Of a stretch of DNA of 64,000 nt, positions 25,006 through 40,400 are shown in pieces. The number at the start of each line of letters is the position of its first letter. The first letter of the stretch is position 1. This stretch comes from Phallusia mammillata. Lineage: Eukaryota. A program made the translations under genes and the position numbers. The notes beneath the pieces were generated by a model, which was given only the letters and a program-made list of their open reading frames with translations, was not told where the DNA came from and did no database searches. Location of the stretch: positions 23,684,001 through 23,748,000 of the forward strand of contig OZ281500.1 of the NCBI GenBank assembly GCA_965637545.1, written 5' to 3'.

Positions 25006-28000
25006 TTATTTCTTGCCTCCCCAGCCCCACCAAGTGCTGAGCATGCTGGTGAGACCGGCCTTTTGCTGTTTCTGACCGAGTTTCGACTCCAGAGACGGGA
25101 AACTGGCGTGGTTCAGAGCTAGATCAAAGAACAGGGGCTTGCACGGAACCGGTTCGAACGGCGGCGGAAACGATGACGTCATAGAAGGCGTTTTGGCGTT
25201 CGGTTTCTTATTGTTAAGACTTGATATTGCTGGATCGTCGACGAAGTCTTCCAAACGGTCACATAGCGGTAGTTTGGTGTCAACTGGATTCTTTGGTTTA
25301 TCTTTGACTCCGTCTAGTACAGCTGAGGCGTGGACACGGTATCGGTTGAACGCGATTGCTTCAATCAACAATTCCAACTTCGCAGGCTGAAGGAAGTCAA
25401 ATTCGCCGCTCGCTTCTGTATCCATCGATTGAAAGGCTTTTATCGCGTAATTCGCGTGTTCTAGAACCCTATCATACAACGCCATCGCTTCTGTCCACTT
25501 CTTGTCTGCAACAAAGGCCTGCGCCACGTAGAAGCATCTGTAGGCTTGGAACGCTCGCTTCTGTACATCAATCTCAGTTTGAAGATCCGCGTCTCCACTG
25601 AGTCCAGGCAGGGAGAGAACTTCACTGAGATTTTGCAAGACGACGTCGTATAAACGAATAAAGTCGGTCGGCTTGGGACCCTTGCGACCTGCGTCACCGC
25701 TAGCTCCTTCGTCTGGTGATAAATATATAAAAATACATTACATGGAGATCTTAGCTGTGGTACTAGGTCTGGTATGTAATGTTTTGATTATAACCGCCTT
25801 GTGTGGTAACATTTGTCAGAATTTAGATAGCTGTCACATAAAGATCTTACATGTTACGGTTTATTTTTACCTAAATTTAGGCTGATATATTGTTCAACAA
25901 ATGAAAAAGATTTGTATTTTTGTTGAGTGTATTGTGCTTCAAAATTAATATCTTTGTAATAACAAAGTAATCAAATAGAACACAAAAATGCTCACTTTAA
26001 TGGTTTTAAAATAACATTTTATAAGATAAGTTTTGTTTCTCAGTTAGTTCCCTCAGTTAAGTAATTTTGTTTATTTATTTATCAGATAAAAAATTATCAT
26101 ACAGCTTTTTATTTTCACAGTTTAGTACTGTTTAACATTTGAAAGTTATTTACCACATTATTCTTTGAGCCCCGTTTGATTCAGAACATTTAAAAACAAC
26201 AAAATCATTATTTTACCTCCAGCTCCAGTGACAAGTAGTGGAGGAGCTTTGGCTTGAAGTTGATCGACCATCAGAAGATTTCTCTTAATCATCTTCGTCA
26301 GTCTCAAATAACTCAAGTAAGAGCTCAAAAACTGCAAGTCTGACACCTAAAGTGGAAAAGCAAGTTAGAACATCTATCTTTATGAGACACAAGATATACA
26401 TGGCAACAAAAAGTAACACTCAAAAATGTAACTGGCATAAAAACCACCCAAAATTTGTTTTTCTCACACTTTAATAGCTAAGATGACTGTACATTCATTA
26501 CTGGGATCAGCCATGAAGTATTTTGAAGACCAACGATCATGGTACACTCATATAGAAATCATAGTACGATGGCTAACTTGCCTTAACGCCCCGTTCATTC
26601 GCTTTCGAGTGTGGATCAGTTCGTATATCTTCTCTTGTGTACTGCAATGCATCTTTGCATTCTGTCAGAACTTGATCGTACATTTCAATCCGAGATTCAT
26701 GATCCTTTTCATCGATCTCTGACAAATCTTTGTCAAAATCTTTAACTCCGATTAAGAACAAACGAACCTACAAACAATGCAATTGGGTACATTAAAAAAA
26801 GTTACATAATCGAAAATATTTTAATGCATATGATAAACCTAACACAACCATTTTAGTACAAGCATCTTGCAACTAAAGAAAAAATCCCAATCAGTGGACC
26901 ACACACAAACACATGTGATTTGCCACAATGAAGGCAACTTGATTAGAAAGTAAAATACTTTACAATGCACCAATCAATAAAGCATAAAACTTCTGTACAA
27001 TGTACTTAAGTAAGTATAGCTGTTTTATGTTTTAGGGGCCTCTGGGTGAACCACTTGGTCATCTTGATCAAACGCTTAACAATATGTGTCAGGAAAGACA
27101 CAGTTGTACCACTATGCCTGCCAACAACAGTATGTGCGATATCCTATATAAACCACATGGCAGTTTGTTTGAAAAACAATAGAACACTTGCCCGAAGTAT
27201 GCAGATTCTTTAAAAGCAATAATGTACCTTGTTGTTTTTTATTCTTATTGTTCTGTTCCTCCAAGTGACTTCGCTCATAGAAGCGGCTTTTCTTTCCCGA
27301 GAAGCTGCAATAAGTGAGTCAAGTTTTCCAGCTAGCAATGGATCTTGTCGCCCAGTTCCATGGATGTGCATTAAATCATCCATGGCCGATTGATCACCAA
27401 TTGTGTATGCACAATACCTGTAAAAGTGGATTGTAATGTAATTGGGTACATCAAAACGGTAGTTTCTGCAATTGATGGGTATTAATAAAGCCTATTTGAA
27501 TACAAAGCCATGCACCAACAAAGTGCAAAATTTTGCAGGCAAATAACAGTTATTGAAATAATAGTAAAAACATTAGGTTCCTAACCAGGGTTGTACAGAC
27601 CCTAAACGGGTGTAAAACTTGCTCCTAGGGGATGCAGGGCTGTTTAATCATAATAGTTACTCTCCAAAAAAAATAGAAAACAGAGCCTGAAATGTCGGCT
27701 AACAAGGATAATGGTTAAGAAACACTGACTTAAAAAGCATTTTGCTTGCTTACTTCTGTTTTGACACAAAACAAAAATGTTCAAAGCTTAATGTACCTTA
27801 TGTTGGGATCAATTTCGTCCACCATGTTCTTGTACACAGGTTGTTCCTCTTTCGACATTGCATCGCTTAACTTTCCATAAATAGTTTGTGTTTTGCGGAA
27901 TAAATCTCTCGCCGACACCCAGTTTTTCAATTCAAATTGCAAGATTCCGCTCATGTAGCAACTATAAGCCTGTTCGAAGAAAAAGTTTACATTAAATACA

Positions 28001-29251
28001 AATATACTACACTGGATATTTTCTATTCTAAACCAGTCAGTATTTTATAAATTCAAACTTACATTTAAAATTTATCCAATTCTTGAACTAAGTTATATAA
28101 TTCTTTAATATATAGGTAAAACTATAAAACCTATTTATAGTGTGAATGTAAAAGAGTATTACCGCTTTAATGGTATGCTCTTTAGCCATTGCATGTATTT
28201 TTGTTGTTTGAAAACTTGGAGACGAATGCATCACCATGTTTACCAAGATATTGAGTATACTTTGCACAATATTTTTCGATTCAATTATAAACCCACCTGG
28301 GCTTCAAGTTTTGTTCGAGCGTCAACTTTTTCACTTTCCTCGCACAGCTTGTTCAGCTCGGAGGCATGGACAACAGCCTTTCTCATTTTTTCAACCATGT
28401 GATGGCGTTTCCTCGGTTCTTGCGTCGCCTCCTGTTTGAGGTACATCGCCATGCTCCAGGCGCGCTCTGAAGTCATCAGTAACATCAACATATATCTGTG
28501 GAAATAAAAAGCATAAATTTTGTATTGCACTTGTTTTACTGTCGCAGCGTAAAGTTTAAGTCAGGCAAGGAAACTTTACATTAGATTCAAATGCTATTTA
28601 TTTTACATTGACAATTGCTAAATAAACTTGCGGCAAAAAAATTAGCAACAGAAAAGGCCACAATGCTTTACAGTAACCCTTGTTAAATCAAGACCCATTC
28701 GGAATAAAATATTTGTCCGGTTTAGGCAAAGATCTGGATTAAACGATGTCGATTAGTTCAAGTCTTACCACATGACAAATAATTTGTACCTCAAGTTTTG
28801 AGCAAATTTTACAAAGATCCGGATTAACCCAAACCGATTTAACAAAGGTTTACTGTATAACCAATTAGTTGTTGGATTACTAAAAATGAAGTATATATAT
28901 ATTTGTTTTCTTTGAGACTCAAAGTAATATGTTTTGGTGAAGTACAAACCTTGGGTCAGAAAAGAGTGACTCAGTAATTTTCTTCGGAGTGACTCTGCGC
29001 TTTTCACCCATCCTAAACTTGAGGACTTTCCGGATTCTCTTCAGCTTTCTGTTGCAGTAACCGTGGTAACGTTGATAGTCACCATGGCGCAATCCATGCT
29101 GAGCCTGAGCATCTTTGATGACATGCAACATATCGAGGCTGAAGAGAGAAGCCTCAGTTTTGATGACTTCGTTGTCATCAGTTTTTTCGGGGTCAACTGC
29201 ATCGTACATAGTTTCAGTTTCTTCACTCTGTCCTTCCAATACTCCAGTCAT
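25006..29251 (-). CDS. SRP68: Signal recognition particle subunit SRP68
   Basis: Exons 28950-29251 (DMLHVIKDAQAQHGLRHGDYQRYHGYCNRKLKRIRK), ~28289-28497 (ERAWSMAMYLKQEA...EPRKRHH...RTKLEAQ), ~27798-27971, ~27228-27417, ~26582-26770, ~26217-26347 and ~25006-25717 (PVPCKPLFFDLALNH...WWGWGGKK*). These match hallmark SRP68 motifs. Confidence 0.95.
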
Positions 29252-30440
29252 TTTTTGTTTAGGTTGGTTAGTTTGAAGGGGATTTTTGTATTCTAACAAA
29301 ACTGTTACAAAAATATTCAAGTTAATAATTGGAAAAAGAACAAATTTAAAAAGCATAGTATTTTAAAAGTAATTGTGAATAAAGCATTTAAATCTTATTT
29401 CAAAATATATATCTTATCACCAAAAATATCACATTAGGTTAACTTATGTTTGTTATTGCTGTTTGAATTAATTATTACTGATTAAAAATTATCATTTTGA
29501 AACATTTTTTTTTCCAATTTTCTTGACTCGTATCTACCTATTTTAACGTAGGGAAATCTTATGTATTGCTATTAAAGAGACCAAACCAAAATTTAACACT
29601 TAAGCCAAATTTATAAACCAGAAACATAAAAGTAGAAACTGTACAACGTGTTAAGAAATTCAACACCTCACCAGCTGTTTGCAAAAAGCCGTGTTCACAA
29701 AATCGCAAGATTTACGAACAATCGACAACCATTTGCGACCAAAAAAGCAATTTTGTAAACTGCTTATTTCGGTTTTGATTAAAGAATTGATTTTGAACAT
29801 TAAAATGTTCTTCAAATTAAATATTATTATTTTTTGCTATATATTGTAGAAACCTATTGGTTAGAAGAAGAAAAAATTACATAGGCAATTTTGTTTTGTT
29901 AAAATAATTTAAATTGTGAAGATGTGTGGCTATGCGTTCCACTTGACTGCGTACAGTTTAAAGAGTAATTTTAGAACAAAAACTGAAATTTATGTAGTTT
30001 TTTAATGACAATTACAAGTTTTGAAACAGAAAACTTAAATGCCTATGGATAAGCTTCATAAACGTTTGTGATAAATGTTAAAAATGTGCAAAACGTAACG
30101 CGAAGTTTTGAAACGAACAACTCAAACCAGTAAGTATAGAAAAAAATATGGCCTAAATATTTCGTGCGTAATGTCATGCACTACTTTATTGGTTTTAGGT
30201 TAATGAAAGTATATTTTTGTCTTCCAAAAACCCTAATTAGTGCTCAACCGAAAATGAGGGCGAATAAACTAAAGATGCGTGCGTTTGTAATGCTTCATGT
30301 GGTTTTATAGGCCTCCCCCAAAAGTGCAAACGTGACAACGAAGTGTCGAGTTGATAAAGCCAATTGCCTGTCATAGCGCTCGCCCGGCTGACGACGAGAT
30401 GTGAGAAAAAGGGAAAACGTCAGAGGCAAAACAAACGTGT

Positions 30441-30457
30441 CCTTATATGGCAGGAAG
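30441..30457 (+). promoter_or_regulatory. CArG box (CCTTATATGG) with adjacent ETS core (CAGGAAG), ~1 kb upstream of the testin ATG
   Basis: Exact CC(A/T)6GG match in a locally GC-richer stretch between the divergent SRP68 and TES starts. Function is inferred. Confidence 0.45.
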
Positions 30458-31427
30458 CAAGTCGGCCATTGTGTTGCGCAAAATACTGCTCGATCGCCCA
30501 AGAATGTACCGGCTGAGTTTCTTCAAATAGGAAAAATGAAATTTGAAGCATCATAAGCCTGGATACTTGGATATTACCCAACGCAGAAAGTTTTGTCGCA
30601 AGGAGAAAGGAAGGCAGTATTCCAGGCAGCTAGCCAAAGTTCAGCTATGAATTGTTTGCTTGTCTGCTGCTGGTATGGGGTTTAATATCCTACAATGGCG
30701 GCTAAACAAATAACAACTTAGAAAGAAGTACTGTTGATTATTAAAATTTCGGCTCATATTGTTGACGCAAAATAGACTCAGTAACGTTTCTTTTAAATGT
30801 AAACAACCGTTTGACTGACTTGTAACATTAACTGACTACGACAAGCCTGTTTGCTACGAAAGGCAGGTTGAGTTACAGGAAAACGCCAACCGTGTTTTCT
30901 AGTTGCTGTTAAATGTAACTAGAGTTGAAAGGTTAAGTGAATCACCGTTATGTCTGCCTTGTGGTCTCACATGAGAAACGTGTAGGCGACTCTACAAACA
31001 CTTCACTGGGAATTTGTCATTGTGTAAACTTGTTTGGGAGAATTGGCTACGTTTCATTGCTGTTATGATGTGACGTTAAACAGTTAAGTGTATTCAGTAG
31101 TCTCCTTGCGCAACATTTTTGATAAGGCGTTACTGTCGTTTTAAGGAACTAGTTTTGTAGGAATTGTATGTTAGCACGAGCTTACAGAACTAGTACAATA
31201 AATGACTTGACTTTGATAAGTAACTGTTCATGAGGCCAGTAATTAACTTACAAGAAGCAGCAGCTTTATACGAGTTCCGGCTTTTCTTTTCCCCTCAGGC
31301 TAATCTAGGCTGAACAGAAGTCTACAATAGGCGAGTCAAGCCTGTGTGTTGCTAAAATAGTTAATTTGGTAAAGGGTTATCATCGAAAATCTAACTTTCT
31401 GCTGACAGAAATTGTGTGCAAGTCGCG

Positions 31428-34400
31428 ATGGCTGCCGATCCGCAAATTGTATCAGGAATCACGGAGGTACTTGGATTTATTAGTTTTATTTCAAGCCCTG
31501 TGCGTTAAAGGGTTTATTCTCAAACAAAACTGTGATTGTTAAAATCTATTGTCACATTGATCATAAGAGACCGAAAATGGTTTGTAAGTTGATTGATTTT
31601 AAAAACAATTTTGGAACAAATTTAACTTGGTTTAAGAGAAATTTGTGGCAATAGACAACTTTTTTTAAATTCAATTACACTTTGCTTGGGTCCTTTAAAC
31701 GTTAGTGTTTGTTATTTGCAGAAAGTTTTAACACACGAAGTTGGAGCCGGTGCGCCATGTTTAAAATGTGGAGACAAGTGTCCTGGCCTCGACCTACATT
31801 TTTGGAGGTAGGAGCGTTTTTAACCATAAAAGGCAACTCTTAGTTTAACCCTCAACGCGTATCATAGTGCGCACGGCGCACCCGTATTATTTTCCTACTT
31901 GCCTTAAATCATACGGTTTTGGCTTTTTGGTCTATTGCACTAATAATATCTACTAAATACGATCTTTTTGATAGTTTTTGTTTTCAAAGTCACTTTTTAA
32001 GTCCTTTCCAGTGTTTCCAATAAAATTAACATTGTAGTTTTTCCGTATAAGGTAAAATGCCTATTTTGTGTTATTGGTGACTTCAATGTTTGGTTTGCAG
32101 AAAAATTTGCCGCAACTGCAAATGCAAACAAGAAGACCACGACGTTTTATCGAGTATTTCCACTCGCGGTATAAATAACATCGGGAAACTACTAATGCAA
32201 GATAGAGAAATAGCCCAACAGAAGCCCCCGAAATCAAACGAATCTTCACCCCCACCGAAAGCCCCTAAGGCTGCAGCACCCCCACCTGCCCCCAAACCTG
32301 TAAAACAAACGATTGTCAACGATACGAATTCGAACGTAAACGGAACAGCCAAGTCAGGTGACCTCAACGTTACTATTGACATCGGGGGCAAAAAACATTC
32401 CTTGGACTTTGGTGGTCACGCAGAGCAAAATGATATGCCCCCACCCCCAAACTTTGGCGATCAAGGGAGTTTTCCAGCCCCTCCGCCCCCCATTGAGAAC
32501 GACCAGTTACCGGAAGTACCCCCACTTCCGCAGGAATTTAATGAAAAAGTTGAAATTAAGGAAGAAAAGCCGGCAGTGATTGAAGAATATCAACAGACTG
32601 AACTAAAGCCTGAGGAGTCATTAAAGGTGGGACAAAATATTTTGTCAGTAAATAATATGAAAGTTCAGATATTTTTTGCACGCCTTTGTGGTTTTCTGTT
32701 GCTCAAGAAGGTCATTCACTGGTTGAACTCTCGCATGTTGACCTAAAACACAACGACATATTTAATGGTTTTCGCGCTAATTTTTCTTGATCTAATTTTA
32801 ATAACCCTGAATCCTCGCAGTTGCTTTACTTCAAAGGAGATTTCATTAATAAGAAATGGTTTACTGTGTTCACCTTAACGCCCAAAATATCTTTCTGTTT
32901 CAGAGCCAAGAAAGCCGGCTTACCCCAACCATGCCTCCATCGTCTAGTGATGACGAAGAAAAGGAATATGAATGGACACCCCCCGTTGCTGATCAGAAGT
33001 TGGTATGTTAACAAAATCTTGCAGTTAATTAGACCTTTTCTGGATAAAACGACAGTGAAATTGGGTTGCTAGCATTTGCTTTTGCGTGTGAAAAAGCGAC
33101 ATTATGTGAGCTAGAGCAGGGGTCGGCAACCTTTTTTGCATTGCGGACCGGTTTAAAACTGATTTTTTTATCACGGACCGGCCTATAAAAACCACAAATG
33201 TTTAGCACTGAAAACTATTAACAGTTATTACAACTTTGATGCAATGTGAACCTTGAGCAAGTTTTATGCGGCCCTGTAACAAACCCCTCACGGACCGGCA
33301 CCGACCACAATGCTATAGGGACGCTTAGAACTAAATTAGAATTCTAAGAATATAATTGCCACCGGCGTAGTTTCACACAGTTTAGCGCAGTTTGAGCTTG
33401 CCATTCATTTTTACACTCATGGCAACACTATTGCCAAAACCTTGTTTTATCCTACATTACACCAATAGCAGTTCGGTTCTTTAAACAAACACACAATGAT
33501 GGATAGTTCGGATAGTCGCTTGTTTCTGAACGTCATAAAACTCTGAAATTCGGGCAACCTAGAATGGGAAGGTTTCCTATGACTTTACGGTTCAGTTGGC
33601 AAATCAGTCATCTGAGACGTTGCTAGAGTGTTGTTGCAACAGGACACGTCACTTTGTTCCAAAAAACTTTTTTTCGTTGTTCTCTTTCGAACGATAAGGT
33701 TTTGCCGATCTTGAAATTCGTATAAGAAGTACTGTATTTGTTTTTATACCCTTCAGTGCATTTGTGTGAAAAAAGTGTTGGGTGATGAATGGTTGAAAAT
33801 TGAAAATTATGCATGTTTTGTGTGTTATTAATTTAGTATTTTGACGATATCAACAAATTCTTAAGTCGGCTACAGTGTTTAGTACAGAATCGCTACGTAC
33901 GGATTGACAATAGTTTGTTCCATTACAGTGCATAACATTTAATGGTCACAACAACAACAACAAAGGATTATAAGCCATTTTTGCACCGAAATGCATTCAC
34001 TATGTACAAGCACTCTGGCATTAATTTTGCCGACAATGCTATGGATTAGGTGTTTTACAAAACATGCAATTGTTTCAATTCACGTACAGACCCGGGGTAT
34101 CAACTGTAGCTTATCTTGTTTACAACACGAACGACCGCGCATTGAGCCGATAGCTGCCAAACACCGGAAGCACCGTAATATGTGTGCTACGTAGCTTATG
34201 CATGACGGGGTTTGCCCGCTAGAATGCAAACACGCTGGCTGTGTTTTGGTATTGTGATGTGTTGCAGCACCAAAAAGTGCTCAAAATATGTAAAAAGTCC
34301 CTTTGCTTGCAAAGTTATCGGTACCAAACTAGAGTTATTCCCAAAAACCACCAAATTTCCTGTTATTAGGCAGCAACACAGGTTTACTGTACAGATTAAC

Positions 34401-37400
34401 TGTAATATGATTTACTTGTTGAACGCGAATTACATCGAAAAAAGCTGCCCACAGTTACTTTTTACCTAACGCGAGTTATTTCTAAAAATTGGGACTCGCC
34501 GAATAATACATTACTCGTTTCAAGTTACTCCAAGATTTTTTGCAGTAAACCAGTCAATTTCGCGAGTAAGAAACCCAAAGTACTCGCTACTCTGCGCAAA
34601 ACTCAGCCATGAGTACTGTTACTCTGCAATTCCCGAATAGAGTACTCGCTACTGTACTCATTGTATTGGGTTTACTTCGTTTTTGTTTTCTTAAAAGCTA
34701 TACATTTTTTACATTTTTCGAACTTAGACATTCAACAAAAAATGATCTTTTTTAGGTCACCGAATATATTGAGGCTTTGCCGAAAGACAAACAACCCGTC
34801 GTTGGAACAGCGGGTGCCAAGTACAGGAAGAAACAGCTGATGAGACAATTGCCACCTCACGATCAAGAACCAGGAGAATGCCACGATCTTACAGACCAGG
34901 AGACCCAAGAAATGAATCTCTTTGTGAAACAGTACAGGAAGAAAGCATTGGGAGGTGGAAAAGTAGAAGAGAACTCAAAAGTTAAGGTGTGTGAAATTGA
35001 AACTTTGAGTTTCTCGGTCTATGAATTTTGCCCAAAAACAATGTTCAGAGGGCTGGCTTGAATGTAACGCCTTCTTTAGGCCTGGCGTCGATATATTTAT
35101 GAGACATATATAGGTGAGAAATTAAATCATCTGCAGTTTCAACTGGATTTTTTTGAATACAATTAAGTGGTAGGGTTTAAGATATCTAGTAATATGGCTA
35201 AAATATTAAAATGTCTTAGATTAGATTATGGTTTAAACCAGGTTTTTGGCATGGCAAAAAATCCTTAGTGCATAAATGTTTAATTCCATCATTGCCCCAT
35301 CGTTACGTTGTTTATAAAAATGTCCAAGGTCATAAACGCCTATGACTGAGCAAGACAAATTCGAGCCATATCTCACTTATTACATGCCAAACTTATATCA
35401 TGCTGTCGTGACGTAGTGCATTTCCCGTGCATAACTATTCGCGTTGGTTTTCATTGGGCGGACGCAGCTATGCATTATATATAGGCTGGTGCTGTAAAAG
35501 TACTTGAGGTTTAAGTCCCACTTTTAAGTGCAAAGTTTCCTGTTCAAAGATATCGGTTTTGTTGCCTAAGCATTGTTTGACAATAAAGGTCATTGTCATT
35601 GCAGTAAACAAACGTTTTCGAACCAGAAATTGCAATTTTAACAAAACGTTACATTGGTACCATGGCCTTCAAAATTGTATTAACATTGACTTGCTATATT
35701 TAAATGATTACGGCTTAATAACACTTGGGTCTTCTGTTAGCAGCACGAATTGTTGGTTAAACTCACAAAAAGTTGTTTACAAAATTTAATTTGTATTTTT
35801 ATTGTGACGATGCATTTGTGAAAAAATGAAATAACAACGAAGATCAATAGGGTTGTAATGTACAACCACAATTTTGTCTAAAACCCTAAAAAATAACTCT
35901 ATATTTTATTTGGCACACTTGCCTATCTTTCAAAGCACAGTGGTTGGGATTGAAAATACTGTTGTAAAGTGTACCATCTTACCACATGTACCATAAATAC
36001 TTTAAATTTTTGATACAGTCTTGCGCCGAATGCATACAGCCTCTGAAAGTGGGAGACGTTATAGTTTGGGCCGAACGAGCTGGTAGTGAAAAATATTGGC
36101 ACCCTGGATGTTTCGTATGCGCTGAATGCAAGGAACTGCTGGTCGATCTCATTTATTTCTACCACGAAGATAAGATTTATTGTGGACGACATTATTGCGA
36201 ACTCCACAAACCAAGATGTGCCGCATGTGATGAGGTAAGCTTGCGTGTTGTGCTATTTTTAAACCCTTTGTGATTTGTATTGGGTTTGACCCGTCTACTT
36301 TGTGTGTAAAGTAAGCGATGCTGCTAGCATTAAACTTTTTCCCCGGTTAAATTGTGGCTGTAATTCTTTTAATTCTGACTGATTCGGTTCTTGTGGCAAT
36401 TTGGTCGTCTATTTGCTGTTTAATTATCATATGTTGTGATTCTATTTGAATAAGGCAGTAATATAAGTTTTCAGATGCAGATAATATATATTCACATATG
36501 CTTGTTTAGTCTTTTCATCAAGTTTTACAAATACTGTGAATGTTGTAACATGCCACATCGAAACATAGTGTAATAAAAAAAACGTATTTTTGGGTTTGAC
36601 CATGTATATGTTTGTTATATAGTGCGTTTCGCATTCCACATTTTAATAGCGCTTAAAAGCCTAAAAATTGGCCCGTGTTTTTCCAAATATTTTTTTTTGA
36701 CAAGAATAGTAGATTGTTAAAAGTTTTTTCGGTCATCAAAGCCAGAGCAAGGCCTCCACAATATTTTAATTCGTTTCTCGAAGGCTAAAGTCAAACGTTG
36801 CAATTAGATGTAACATCTTTTTGACACGCGCTCATAAAAACACGTTTCTTTATTCTCCTGAATAGTCATGCTGTAAAGGTTAGAGCAATTAAAATACCTA
36901 GTGGCATTGCAGTCTTCATCATGTTATATACTACTGGTGAAGAAAGCAGCGAATTCTCCTTAACGCTTTCTTGTGGTTCACGTTATAACAAGGAAGCAAA
37001 ACCACGATACATTGCCGCAAGCATCATTTTATCGAGTCAGGTTGAGATGCTGCGTATCACTGACGGTTTTTATTTATTTTGTCACTACATAAGAAGGCTT
37101 CGGACTTTGTTTTGCTGGGATATTGTGTATTTGTCAAGCCATCTTGAAATTTAATTCGAAAATTACTCAAAAACATGTAAGACAGAATGAAAGTTTCAGC
37201 TTTTATGGGTTATTTGACCGTCGCGGTCTAGTAAACAAAGCGGGTTTTCAAACCTACTTCTGCACAACGTTTGCGTCTTTAAAAGTCGCTTTTTAATTGC
37301 ATAGCTAAGTCGACTGGGTTGTTATCTTTTCAGCACAAGGACATATTTGCATAGCTGCTGTGTGGCGTTTTATGTGACGTTATAATGTTTCTAGCCACAG

Positions 37401-40400
37401 GCGCCGACAGTTTATCAGTTTTACAACCAACGAACCCGCTGTTTTTACTGTGAACTTGTTTTTCCTCCCAGAACAAGTTTAATCTGTCAGCTACACATTA
37501 TTCCCACCGTTACTACAAGATATAGGCTTTGTTTAAGCGGTTTTGACCCTTTGGACCGCGTTTAGTGAAAGTAGGTCTGTTGTTTGAAATTTGAATCTAA
37601 AGTCAATAGGTCACACCTATATCATATGATCGTTGCCAAACAATCCTGTGTGAATTTTATTATTTGAGGTGGACATAAATTCATAACTGGGATCAACCCT
37701 GAAGCGTCTATGCAGCGACCGGCTTTCGGTCTGTGAATTTTATTATACTTAAAAAATACGTCATTTGTGACACGTTCTTTTATTATAATCTATTCCTCCA
37801 AAATCTATGGTTTTTGCCAGCTTTCCACATTCCAATTTAATATGTTGGATTAAGTTCATGTAATTCGCCTATATATCGATGGTTAAACGTATTGGATAAT
37901 CGAAAATGGATTACAATTTTGCAAATAACACCTAGCAATGCATTTTGCGTACATTTTAGGCAGTCAAAAAGTTTTATGTTTTTTTGTCAAGTCAATATTA
38001 CAGTAAAGCGTTGTTGTGAAATATCACGCGTCCATGCGTTTGCGAATTATGGCGAACACCCTAGAAGGGGAAACGTGAGGTTCGTCACTTCCCGCTTTAA
38101 CCAAATGCAGAGAAACCGTTTCTAGGCCGCGCCTATATTACCAAGGCTTCATCATACATATACAGCACCCAGTCAAGTTGGACAATCCATTCACCACTAA
38201 AGACTGACTTGGTTGAGTTTGTAGCAGTAATGCTCGTCCCTTGTGGCTGTTGGAAAACGTTTTTGTGCCCATTTTGACTTTGAAATTAGATTTGAAAACA
38301 TACAGGTTGGATTGTCAAAAACATCCCTTGGGTATTGGGCTCAAGTAGTTCGTTACAGCAGACTTCCGCGGCCTTCGTTTTCTGGCAAATTAATGTAACT
38401 CGCAAAGCGTAAATGCTATTTTTTCGCTTGTTGCAATTAAACAAGGTTGATTGACATACAACAGTAACAGAAAACTTCAAAAAAAGTAAAATAAATGATA
38501 TGAAATGTGACATTTTGAGTATTTTCGGCCATGGCTCTGCACTAAGAGACAAAACACTCGTTTTACAAATCCCTGTAAAATTGTGAAACATTTTGGGTGG
38601 AGCGCGGTTTTTTCATTTGTTGTTGTACGCAGCTGCCTACTGCATAAAAGCTTCGGGCTAAAGTCTAATTTGTCTTGTACGCTCTGTGTAAACATAATAA
38701 GGTCGGGCAATGACTTACACGACTTTTTGACATGTACAGTTTCAAATGTGAATCGTATGTCTGCCGATCTACATAATATTATGACAAATCATTTTGAAGA
38801 AAGCTATTGGAATAAATGTCATTTGGTTATATGACTAATTGGAATTTTATAGTTAGTAAAAAACTAATATTATATTTCGACCTCAATTTGCAACAGTGCG
38901 TCCCTGTTTAATGACTAAAAATGGCAAGTGACCCGGATGTCCTAGTTAGATGATGATGCCCATCATCTCTGGTGACCTTAATATCGTATCACTTTGACAT
39001 TTAAAATACTTACCCGAAAAAGCTCTGGATAATGTCATTGACATCCGTTCACACTTAGTCTTATGCGCTGAAAGCATTCCAGTTTTGCCAAATAGGCCTC
39101 CCATATAGTTGCATTAATGGTTAAAGGGAGACTTATTACAAGCACTATGTTTTATTGGGAAAAGGACTTTATTAAACGTATTGTTTATTAAACTATATAA
39201 ACGTGTTATAAAATTAGACTTGTCGTATCCTACACTTAAGTTCTATTCCCTATTGTAAGACATATCTAGGTAACAAACTCGTCAACCTTACCCAAAAGGT
39301 GCTAGTAGTGTCATCATTTTTAACCCTTCTATTTTTTGCACAGTTAATTTTCGCTCCGGAATACACCCAGGCTGAAGACTGTTACTGGCATCTCAAGCAT
39401 TTCTGCTGCTGGCACTGCGACCAACCGCTGGGTGGAAAGAACTACGTCCCACATGATAATCAACCTGTGTGTATACCATGCTATGAAAAATCATTTGCCC
39501 ATTCATGTTCTACATGCAAAGAGGTAAGCATGTTTTTAAAAATTAGGTGACCTTGGGTACACAAAGGGTAGCTTAATTAAAATGTAGAATAAAACCTAGA
39601 AATATACACAGTCGTTTCGACGAAAATAATTGTCAACGTATGTAAAATGGTGACCTTTTTAACAAGCGATTAGACTTAAAAAAATGCTTCAGTGTTTAAT
39701 AAATCTTTCTGATACGTCTTGTATTTGTTGAAATAATGTTCAAATTTGATGTAATGTATTCATTATCGCATTAAGCATAAGGAGTTGCATAAAAAAAATA
39801 GGTCCCATTGTCTTTGTTATTTGACAATCACAACATTCGAGCTTAAGAATCACCCAGTAATCTAAATCATGATAAACAATCAAGTATTGTTATGTATTTG
39901 TTTTGATTGTGACTGGCCTGTATGTGCGAGTTATGCGTGGGTTGTATGTTGTATATAGTTCATGATGCGACGTATTGGGACCGAGTTTGTAGTTATGTGT
40001 TACATTGTTATGGTTGTACTACTTAAATATGCTGTACTTGTGAAGCCTAAAGCTGCCATTTTTTTGTAGATTACCCAAATAATAAAGTTCAACAAAATTG
40101 CCTATAGCGAAACTCAAGATTGCTTTCTGCAATCCAAGCATTTTTGCACAATGCGTTTAGTAAATAAACACTAAAACATTCCCAAGGCCACCTCTATGAA
40201 ATCTTTAGCGAGTAATGTATATTTCATGAGCAAGAATTTCTCAAGTTGCTAGTTTCTGTCGTTTTAAAGTGATACCTGAGGTTCGGGTTTTCAATTTTAT
40301 TCTTAAACCGTATCTGGTAAATAGATAAGCGTCAAGTATCCAAACATTGTAAGTTTGTAACCACCTGAAGTGTCAAAAACTCGACATGCTTCACCTTTAC

